Source of the DNA: Oopsacas minuta
Taxonomy: Eukaryota > Animalia > Porifera
Length of the DNA: 64,000 nt
NCBI GenBank assembly: GCA_024704765.1
Contig: JAKMXF010000300.1
Location: 124,001-188,000 of the forward strand
Direction of reading: 5' to 3'
Under the pieces are notes generated by a model that worked only from the letters and a program-made list of their open reading frames with translations, was not told the origin of the DNA and ran no database searches. Positions 9,822 through 21,800 of the stretch are shown here, in pieces; position 1 is the stretch's first letter; every line of letters begins with the position of its first letter. The translations under genes and the position numbers were made by a program.

Positions 9822-12800
9822 ATGACAAAATTGATTTGTAGATTTGTTTGTGTTATTTTATTTGCATACATTTCACAGGTAATGAGTTTATTATACAAAG
9901 TTATCGTTTCATATTTTAAGAGTATTTTTCTCCAGTTCGCCAATGCTGAGATCCACCAGAAGGGATACTGTACATGGTATGGACAATGCGGACCAGGTTC
10001 CAATGGTGGTAAACTAAACTGCTACTACAATGGACCCGCTATTCATCAACCAAAGAGTTCTTCAGTTTTCCAAAAACTTCTTGATCTTTGTCCCAGTATG
10101 ATTAATGCTGATAATCCTTCAGATACAAGAGTGTGTTGTGATTTGAAACAACTTGAAACACTCGATGACTCAATTCTACTACCTAGACAGCTTCTAGCAA
10201 GATGTCCTGCTTGTTTAGCCAATTTTGTTGATCTGTTTTGTCGTGCAACTTGCTCACCTGACGGCTCGACATTCCAACAACCCGTAGTTGTAAATATGAC
10301 AAATGGTACGCAAGAGGTTAAATCCACAACTATGTATTTGGATCCAACAACTGTGAACCAATTTTTCACATCATGTAAAGACGTAAATTTCCCTCAAGGC
10401 AATGGAAAGGTAAAAACATACAATCAACTCCCATTATTTCGAAAATAACCGGTTTAGAACACTTATATACACAATTTAGAACTTCAAATAATGACGTGTT
10501 TCGATATAACGGAAGTTGACTGTAGTATTTTAATAAATCGATATTTATATAGTTTTATTTCTAATTTTAGGCTTTAAGCTTGCTATGTGGGACTAGTGTA
10601 AAAACATGCAATGGATTGACGTGGTTGAATTTTATGGGAAATGTCGGTAATGGAAATACACCGTTTCCAATCGTATACAAAAACACAACAGATGGTTTGG
10701 GGCCTGGACAGAGTTTGTATAAATACGAGCCGAATTTCTGTAATAAAGTTTATAATAATACGAAATGTTCTTGTCAAGACTGTAGCGCTTCCTGTACAAA
10801 CATTCCTACCATTCCACCTTCACGAAATGTAACTAAGATATTCGGTTTAGGAGCAGATTTGTTCTCAATTATAGTCTCGTATGGCATATTTATTGTTCTA
10901 TTCGTACCAGCTGTTATTCTGTATGGAATAGTTATGTTGTTGATTGAGAGAAACTCAAAATTGTCAACCACAGAAGAAAGAAAAGCCTTGATTGAGAAGA
11001 AAGAAGCTGATGAGATATTCGATCGGAAATACGGTCTTACAAAGCCAGAATGTGGCATATGTGGTATTGGGAACTATTTTGACTATTATCTACGTCTAAG
11101 CTTCTATTATTGGGGATATTTCGTGGCCAAATACCCCTGGGTTATCATTATTGGTGCTTTTGTCATTGTTATACCCCTCTGCGGAGGAATTGGGTTAATG
11201 AAGATCATTACTAATCCTGTTGAGCTATGGTCTGCTCATAATAGCCAGGCTAGACATGAAAAGGATTATTTCGATGAACATTTTGGACCTTTTTACCGTT
11301 CAGAAATGTTGATTTTTACAAGCAAAAATGTGTCTTCTTTTAATCATACGCTACACAAAAGTGTTACTGATGGAGGAAAGAATGTTTCATATAATCACAT
11401 GTTTCAAAAGGAAATTCTACTAGAAGTGAGTTCATATTTACTTGATTTTATGCGATTTTTATTCGATGTTTTTCCTTTTGTAGATATTAGAGATTCAAAA
11501 TAATTTGACTGTCATGAAAGTTCCCTACAAGAACGGTACTATAACGCTTGAAGATATTTGCTATACACCGTTATCGCCTGGGAATACGAATTGCACTATA
11601 ATGAGTGTATTACAGTACTTTCAGAATTCAGAGGGAAAACTTAATTTGACTGCCACTACTGCTAATGATGAGGAAATTAATTATCTAGATCACATTTACA
11701 ATTGTAACAGGTAAGTTATAATTCTGATACGTGCACGGAAATTTTCCGCGAATTCATTAGAATAGGTGACTAAGTTTTTGCCAACTTCAATTATTGATTT
11801 CTCTAATAGGAATCCTACTGGTATTCATGATACTGCTATTCCTATACCTTGTATTGGGCAATTTGGAGGACCTGCTCTTCCTAACCTTATCCTAGGAGGT
11901 TTTGGTGGTGAGTTTAACTTGTTTATTTACAGTAGAACTCGGTTAGTACGTACTTTTCTCCAAAACGGATACCAATTCTAGTATTAATTGTATAGGAAAT
12001 TACGAAGAATATTCGGATAAGACCTAGTGAGGTTAAAGTGTACACATTACGTCTTATCTTAGTTCTATTTCATTATAATCGATCAAAATTACTTCTATCA
12101 TACTCCACAGTAATATTACATACAATTTATAACGTGTAATATGATTATTATTATTATGGCAAACTACTGATTATATTCGTTATTATTAACGTCGGTTAAG
12201 TTTCAATTACACTATGAAATTAATGGAATAGAAAAAGCTGGATAGTAATATGATTTACTATACCAGAAGTTTTCTAATACTCTACTTGTAATTGGGTGTA
12301 CTATTACACAGGCATTTTTCAGGGTAGAATATATCTGGTGAGCGATCGGATGATATGTGGCCTGATCATGTATCCATTTCACTAATTTGGTTGTTAGAAT
12401 ATAGATTATGTTACAGGAAGCTTTTTACTTGTTATATCATATATAGTGGAGTAATCATTAAATCTTAATGGGGATGTGGAACTCAGGATATAAATGGTCT
12501 ATAGCATTCTATACGCTAATGCAATCCCACTAGCTGATTTCTTCTGTTAGTATGTTCAAAGCACTTATTCGGAATATTCATGATGTAATGATATTAACAT
12601 ATTATATTTTTTCGAAATGAACATATTTCCTAGAAATTCATTTTGAAAATTTGTCAAATTGCGCCAATATGACGTCATTGCCTTAATTCTGAATGAACTA
12701 GGTGTCATAGGGAATCCTGTTCCCACGAACATGGGAATACTTTTTCCCGTTTCCTTGATCGTGTTGCTAAGTGTGCAAGGAGAAAGACTCGGAGCAACAG

Positions 12801-15800
12801 GATTACCTCTGACACCGGTTGTATAATGCAATGATGGTAAATAGGAGCGCCCATGTTCATTGACTGGAGTATAATATCTTTTGATTACATAACACATCGA
12901 TTTAGTTCAGAGTTGAATATTATTATTCTATTCCTTTCTAATAGCTGATAAAAATGGTCTTGATCAGTTTGAAGATGCAAGAGCGGTTATTGTCGCGTTT
13001 ACTGTTAAGAACTACATATCTGATGCAGATAACAGTATGGCAGAAGCATGGGAAGCTAAGTAAATACATTCAACTATCCTATCCTATCCCATTTATATGA
13101 ATAATTTATTATTTACAAATATGATAATAGATATTTGGAATATATAAAGAATTATACACAACAGGGAAAGAGTCGTAATAATCTTACAGTTGCATTCTTA
13201 GCAGAGGTAAGACTTGGTTGTCAAGCTTTTTACGTATATACCTGTACTTTAAGTTTTATTTGTATCTCTCAGAGATCATTACAAGATGAATTGGAGAGAG
13301 AATCTGAATCAGATATAGCTACCATCGTAATAAGCTATGCAGTTATGTTCGCTTATATTGTTCTGTTCATTGGAAAGATTCCAAGTTACAAACACTTCTG
13401 CTTTGATTTCTTTGTAAGTTAATACATTTAGAGTGAATTCTATGAGAAATTTACAATTGAAAATTTAAATTTGTATCTTATTTTCATCTACAATTCTGAT
13501 AACTGTTTCATTAATATTTATTTTTAGGTTCGTAGCAAGTTGTTTATCGGTTTCGTTGGAGTATCCATTGTAATACTATCTGTACTCACAAGTATTGGAT
13601 TCGCCTGTTATTATGGAGAACCTTTAACTTTGATTATTGTAGAAGTCCTACCGTTTTTGGTGTTAGCAGTTGGAGTTGATAATATTTTTATCCTGGTGCA
13701 TTCAGTTGAGGTTAGTTACGGACTTATCTATTATTTGTAAGAAATTTTGACATCCAGTGGCTTATCTATCCATCGTGCACTACGTAGTTCACGATCAAGG
13801 GCAGGTTACTAATCAAAAGTTTGGCTCAATTAGTCCCAAAGATTTTTCAAAGATTCAGCAGAAATTTTACTGAATATACAAATTTATTTTCTCTATGAAC
13901 ATGAAACTGTTCGTTGAAAAGATGGAGCAGTTAAGCGAATGATTTTTGCATTATTTGAAAATACTTTAACTATTTATATAGGAGGAGATGTATTCACATT
14001 TCGAAGAGCCGAGATATAAGATAGTTGGCTTAGCATTAAGTAAGGTAGCTCCTAGTATTACATTAACTGCTCTATCTGAAACGGCTGCATTCTTTCTTGG
14101 TAAGTTATAAATATTTGTAGGAAATTTATTGTTGCATCGTGTATGGTGGGCTTTACGCGTAATTACATATGTATCTTGTCTTTAGGAGCTATCTCTTCAA
14201 TGCCTGCATTACGAGCATTCTCATTATTCGCTGGACAAGCTATATTCTTTGACTACCTGTTACAAGTGAGTTGAAATTCCTTTTCACTGAACTCTAGTTT
14301 GTTAGTCATATTATTCAGTTTTCATTTTCCCTATTTTTCAGATTTCACTATTCGTCGCTATCCTATCAATTGATGTAGCAAGACAACAGGTAAGTAGCAT
14401 ACTCACAAATTCACTTAGTTATATGTTACTACAAATACTTCTGAATTTAGGCAAGACGGCCTGAGCTGTGTTGTTGTGTAAGATTAAAGTTACCAGAAGA
14501 ACACAAACCTAATCTCAATGTTAATGATGATGAAAATCCTACTTGTTCACCAGATCACGTGATTAATGAAGGATTTATAAGATATTTTATTAGAACATTC
14601 TACTCACCATTTATACTATTTCCACCTGTAAAGATATTTGTGGTAAGTATTTGAATTTCATTCAATCATTGCTGTCTTAAAATTTACCTCTTTAGATAAT
14701 TATATTTGTTGGTGCATTCCTTATGAGCATTTACGCTACTATGCATCTACCGATTGGCTTGGATCAAACTCTTTCTGTCCCCAAAGTAAGCTATGTTTAG
14801 TTCTCTTTGAATGAATTTATTATCTTTTTGTTTCCTTTTAGGATTCCTATGTAATCACATACTTCGACGCTCTGAACAAGTATCTACATGTGGGTTCTCC
14901 TGTTTATTTTGTAATCAAGGGAGATTATAACTATTCTAGTCAAGCAGGAATGAATAAAGTTAGTTTTTAATACTTTTTTATATTATATATGTTTTGCTTT
15001 ATTTGGCCATTTCCAAAATACATCATTTCTAGCCAAATACATTTTGGTTTATCTGTGACTCCACTCTGTAAATCGGTCAATTATCCTGTGATTATCTTTT
15101 TAACCTCGTAAACAAACAGTCCTTTCTAAATACATTCAGCTCCCGTTATATCGAACTCAAGAGACCGCGATAATTAATACAATATAAGCGCAGCGATATG
15201 AAACACGTATAAGTTACTTTGAAGGTCAGGGACCAAATTTGTACAATATCAGATTCGATATATCCGTGTTCGATATAACTGGAGTTGACTGAATTAGGAA
15301 ATTGGTCCTTAATGACTAGAATATCTACCATCATTATATATTTATTTTTACTATCATTCCTGTAGATATGTACTCAAACTGGTTGTAATGACAATTCTAT
15401 ATTATCTCAAATCGATAATTACGTTCAGATTTCAAACTAGTAAGTCGTTTGTTTGTAATCAATAAATGCGTATTTATGATGTTGTTTAATATTTGTTTGT
15501 TTGTTTAGCTCACGTATTGCAACAAGTCCAAGTTCATGGGTGGATACGTATATTGACTGGCTCAATCCAACTATTCCTTGCTGTCAATACCACCGTCACG
15601 ACCACTCTAAATTCTGTCCTTATTCAGGTATGTCAATTTTACTTATTTCTGAACTTTGGTATATAAATCTCAAATTACATTAGTTAATTATGAACCTTAA
15701 TATGCTCCCATAATCAAGATTTATTTGCCACTATCCTATACAGACTTTTCCATCTTGTTATTAAAATATATTTTCATCAATATCTCCTTTCATATTCTGT

Positions 15801-18800
15801 TTATAAATGGGTGGAGTTTACAGCAAAACGTTGGGTATCAGTTTGCTAGTCCAGTTTGTTAGTTTCATCTTTGCTGCTATCTTAAAAACTGATAAGTTTT
15901 ACGATTTGGTTGGTTCACTAACAACTATCGGGATTGTACTGCTTAACTATCTAACTGGTACAAAATCCTGGCAACAGAAAGTGCAGACTGGAATTATTCT
16001 AGCTTGGGCAATTCGTCTCGGTTCGTATCTTTTCACGCGAACTCTAATAGCTGGAGATTGGCGATTAGATAAAGTTAAGCGAAAGCCGCTCATGTTTTTA
16101 ATGTACTGGACTTTGCAGGGATTGTGGATATTCAATAACTTGTTGCCTACATTGAGTATGCAGGATCATGCTATAATCCCTCTGTCATCGAATAGGGAGT
16201 TGATTGGGTGGGGCGTGGCTGGTGTTGGGCTCCTGCTTGAAGGTATTACAGATATACAAAAGTTTATCTTTCGTATGAAAACTGAGAATAGCGAGAAATG
16301 GTTGGATAAGGGTATCTACAGTATTATCAGGTATCCGAATTATTTGGGAGAAATATTGTATTGGTTTGGTTTGTTCATTTCCGCTTCAAGCAGCTTCACT
16401 ACTAAACGCGAGTATTTGAATTTATTATCGCCTTTATTCACTATCCTACTTCTTACTAGGATATCTGGTATCCCTATGCTTGAAACTAGGAATTATCACC
16501 GATTTCGCGAAAATCCTGAGTATACATCGCATGTAAAGAATACTAACCTGTTGATACCGTATTTGTATTAGGCATCATATTTGTGTTAGATTGTCTACTG
16601 TTTATGTTTGAAATAATATTTTATCTCATAAATAATAAGTTTGTATGGGGAGTATGAAATTTGTGTACAAAACTAGTGTTACGTTTGTGTACAGATATAT
16701 TTGTACACAAACGTTGTACTGTCTGTACACTAATGTCTCCTCCGGTATGTATCAGATTCAATTACCACATGAAAATACTGTATGCAGTTTCTTTTGAAGT
16801 TCGCGTTGTAATTTGTCAGAATTTTCATGACTGAGACTTGACAGAATCAAATATTCTGAATATTGACAACTTCAAAAAATTGACTGATATAGTTTCTGAT
16901 ATCTTCTATGAATTCGCTCTAGTTTTTCATGAAAAAATCTATAAATTTATTATAGTTTGAAGTATGACACCATGACTAGACTATTTTTATGTGTATTTAT
17001 TTAGATGTCAATGTTTCAACTTGCATTTCTTGCTTGGAAGAGGGACAAACTCGACCCAATCCAGAAGAGTTCATGAAATATTTAACATGGTTTCTCTCTG
17101 ATAATCCTGGCACTACGGCTACAGCTTGTACTAAAGGGTATGTTACTATGAGAATATTACATCATATGGATATATTATTGCTATTCGACTAATATTTCCT
17201 ATTTACCTTTACGTAATTAGAACTTTTATCTAATTATATGATTGTCATCTTTAATTGTAGTTTTGAACTCTTCTCAATTTGTAAATTCTTAGGTAATTGT
17301 GGATTATGTATTACAAAATTAAATTATCCTCCACTCTATTTCCCCGAAAATGATGTAATTTTGTGAATACTAGACATGATGTACACGTTGTATATTAGCT
17401 ATACACTTGTCTATAAATATCCGGATAAACACTATTTAAACAATACAAATCTTCTAATTCTTATCTAATGCATATTGATACACTTAGTCTCGTTTACATG
17501 GTGCTGTATGGCATGTTTTCATTTCCATCTTTCTTCCTCTTCTGGACTTGGATTGGTTTCTTAACGAATAGAATATTCCATTATCGTTCAGCTTACAATA
17601 AATTGGTTTCCAAATTGAGTTATCCCGCAGAGTTTAACATCAACGTTTTCAACATGAGAGTCAAATTCATCGTTTATATTTTGCTTCTCCTGATCATATT
17701 TAGTGAGATGCTATGTGCATTGGGATATTTACTAGGGATGTCCATGTTTAACTCTCCTATCGTATCTGCAACTGAAGATCGTCTATTTCCTCTTAATTTC
17801 ACAAAAATACAATGTACGACACAGTATGAATATATTTGGCAAGCCGAGCTAGCATATCCTCTCCTCGCGTTTCTTATGTGTTTAGGAGATGTTTCCATTT
17901 GTATTACTTTCATTCTCATGATTGGGCTGATCAAATTCGTTTTTCTCGCTTATCAATGTAAAACCGATTTTAAAAGTGTGAAAGTCTTCTTTATCAAGGC
18001 TCTGTGTGTTCCTCCTTTCTTACTTTTGATTTCTACCATCCCTCAAACTCAAATATTTTCGAAAATCTTGACACCTATCTTTTGTATTATATTAATTATT
18101 TTACTTTTTAAACACAAAAATCAATATTTTCTGATTTTGAAATGGAGATGTGGTGACGCGTTCTATATCAGAAATTATGCAAACTATATTTCCCAAGTGA
18201 AAACAAGGCGAAATTCCATTATTTCATTCCACTTGTTCCTAATGGCCTATTTTCTTTTCTTCATTGCTTTAATATTTGATAGAACAATCGCATTTATTTG
18301 TATGGTATTCACAGAACAATCACGAAGAGTTACTGCTGTTTATTACTCCGATTTGAATCTGGCATTCCTTGACTGTCATTATCAACGAATCTTCTACAAA
18401 ATCCAGGAAATCGGGGCTTTAATTCAACCAGGTTGTCTGCTAGTCGCTGGGATAATATATATAATACCTTTCTATGCAGTAATGTTTGGTGTACTTGGGT
18501 ATTATCTATATTCGCAGTGTAGAGGTGTAGATTCTCGTTATATTAGGTTTGGAGGCAATTCTCACTTATATCATCCGTTAAGAAACTGAATTGTACTGAT
18601 TATGAATTACTAATAAGATTGGTGAAGGATAGTATTGCTCAAATTTCATTCGATGTTTGTTAATATGTGTATTAGAACATTACTCTGTAATTATTATTAT
18701 TTATATCAGTAATTAAAGATTCTAATTATCCATTTCAATCTGTATCGCACAGTACGTATATGCGAATATACTGAGATGGTAAAATATACAATAATTATTT

Positions 18801-21800
18801 GAATTTTCATACACTTGATTACGGTAATTCGTGATTTTTTCCCGAGTGGATGAATTAATTTGATATTTTGCGCACAACATAAATATTTATATTCAGGGAC
18901 TGGCGATTTTCAACTAGTATCGATACCTCAAACTTTCCCGGATATTATAGATTATATTTTACAAATTAAAATAGCCACACGCTTATAAGTATGATATTTC
19001 TATGTATAACTTAATCCAACACACAATAATATATGCAAAAATAATTAATATGATCAGATTTGCTGATTTCTAACACATTCTTAAACTTATACTTTTGGGA
19101 AATTTTCATCCAAAGTTACCATTTATTCTAGCGGTGATCGATCTGGAATCTCCAATCTTAATATAGACAAGATTTTAATCATTTTCATTAACATTTTAAT
19201 AATACCCTTACGAATCACATTAGTTGATATGTTAGGTAAGGACGCTATTCAATTTGTATAAATAGTTGATGACTTGAATTGTAGTTTATACTTCTCTATA
19301 TTTTGATTGAATAATGGACTTTGAAACTGATCAGATTTTCGTTTTCGTATTCACTTTTGTACTAACAATTCTGTTAATTCCTGTTACAATATTCTGGGTT
19401 GTGTTTGTTAGTATTCGACTCTTCATCTATGTTAGATCCTATCGGAAACTAAATTCCAATATCTACCGCGATACAGCAGAACTTCCTATCACAATTTTCA
19501 ACTTGAAAATTAAAATCGTGATATATTCATTCTTTATCTTCCTTATATTCTTTGAGTTTGTAGCTGTAATCTCGCATATTTCAGGAATGGTCCTTTTATT
19601 CTTTCCATTACATTTCGGACTTGGTTTTCCCGAGATTATTCCAACAAACTGTACATTCAATTACTATGAATTATGGCAGGGTGAATTTTCTAACCGATCC
19701 ATTGCATTATGTATTAGCTTACGTGACGCTTCCTTATGTATAATTTGCATTTTAATCATTGGTATCTTAAAGTTTATCTACGTGGCTTATCAGAATAAAA
19801 CTGATTTCAAAAGTGTGAAGGTTTATCTGGTTAAATGTTCTATTCTTCCTCCAATACTAATAATCCTCTCTATTTTCCCTCAAACTCTGATTATTACCAA
19901 GATAGGTACTCCATTGCTTATCATCATCCTTTTGAGACAGCTGCTAAAACATAAGAAATCATACTTTCTGGTATTAAAATGGCGTTGTGATGATATACGT
20001 AATCAGGGCGATAACAAAGGATACATTTATAGCATGAAAATACGCCAGAACTCCATCATAACATTTAATCTATTCGTATTAGCATATTCGATTCTTTATA
20101 TTTTCATTATTCTAAACAAATCGGCTTCACTGTGTGTTATGCTATTTACGGACCAGTCTAGATATTTGACAGCTGTCTATCATTCAGATTCTAATTTATC
20201 TTTCCTGGGTTGTAAATATCAGAAAATAATATATGCTTTTCATTATATTTTGGATCAGATTGAACCTACAGCTGTTTTGATAGCTTTTATTATATATATG
20301 ATTCTATATTTTGGTGTTACGATTGGATACATTGGTGTATCTCTTTATACACACTGTAAGAGTGTTGATACCAATTATATTAGGTTTGATGGAAATGCTA
20401 GAGAAATCTGTAAATGATTGCAACATGTTTCGAATAATCATTGGATATTTTGTAATTTAAATTCAATTCACTCTTTTGTATTGATTATGTTAACTTCCAG
20501 GAAGTATTGCTATTAAATTTATTACTTATTTCATGTTTATTATTACCCAATCTGAATTGAATATTACCCTTTGGATTTCTTGCTTATCACGTCATAATAT
20601 CACAAACATTGGCGATACTAAAAATAGCTATTTATCACGTTTGAATTATTCTAAAATTTATTACATTATTTGTAAGCTGTTTATGATATATTATTTATAA
20701 TGTCTCTTTTGAATTAATATATTTGTGTTAGAAAGATTTGTTAATTATTTATATTTGTTCTAGAGGACATGCTGCTTATTTTCATGCTGTCGCTGTTAAC
20801 AGTAGCAATAAAATTGAATGTAAGGTTTAACAAAAATCCATATTTATTCATAAATACAATTTTTATATTATACTTATATTATATAGCTTCCTACTTCATG
20901 TCTTATCACACTATCCTAAGAAACTCTGTTGAATTTACTGATGGGTTACGGAAAGCAAGAGAGATCAGTGAGAGTCTAACTACCTCGCTGAATACAACTA
21001 ATGTCACTGTATTTCCCTACAGGTAACTTGAATTCACATTACTTATTCAGGTCTTAGAAATGTGAAACCTCCACAAACTGGCTTGTGGAACGGGGAACTG
21101 AGTGAAAAACATATAGCGAATTCGAGGTCCCATACAAGTGAATCTCCACAAACGGGAAACGGAGTAGCATTTTCGGCGTCCCAAGCACCCCATTTGTGGA
21201 GGTTTCACTGTATGTGTGTTTATCTTTTGTAACAATATAGTGTCTTCTATGTCTTCTATGAGCAATATCTGAATATTCCCCAAGTATCAGTCCTAACCCT
21301 TGGAGTATCAATTAGTGAGTAATCTTTAGCAATCATAATATCTTTAGCAATTCTAATATTTCGTATTATTTCAATAGTTACTATATTTGTGATGACGTTT
21401 ATACTAATCGGATTTAAGCTCTGGTCTACGATACTCGTTACAATGACTGTAATAATGTTCTTGATTGATATGATGGGAATGATGTATTTATGGGGCATAT
21501 CACTCAATGCCTTATCTCTTGTGAATCTTTGTGCTGTAAGTAAATTAGTATTCTATAGTTATCAAAGTTTGGTAGCGATATATCGCTTATGAAACATTGA
21601 AAAATACCATACATTCTGATATTTATCGAAAATTTTCGGTTAATCGGGAACTCTGATTAATTGGGACAAAAATCCTGGAACGAAAGTGTCCCAATTAAAC
21701 GGAGTCGACTGTATTTTGATATTTTAGAAATATCAAACCGATTTTTATTGTATCGAGTAATTTTTCGTTAATCGTGTGGATATCGGAGAAGTTAACAGTG

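Noticed and set aside
13772-13795. 24-nt near-perfect palindrome ATCGTGCACTACGTAGTTCACGAT in NPC1 intron 9
   Set aside because: Short and isolated; cannot be told from chance or a TE scrap.
21315-21377. Alternative TTTAG acceptors at 21329 and 21347 in NPC1 intron 21
   Set aside because: They would give introns of 15 or 33 nt; the 21377 acceptor gives a normal 63-nt intron and matches NPC1 homology.
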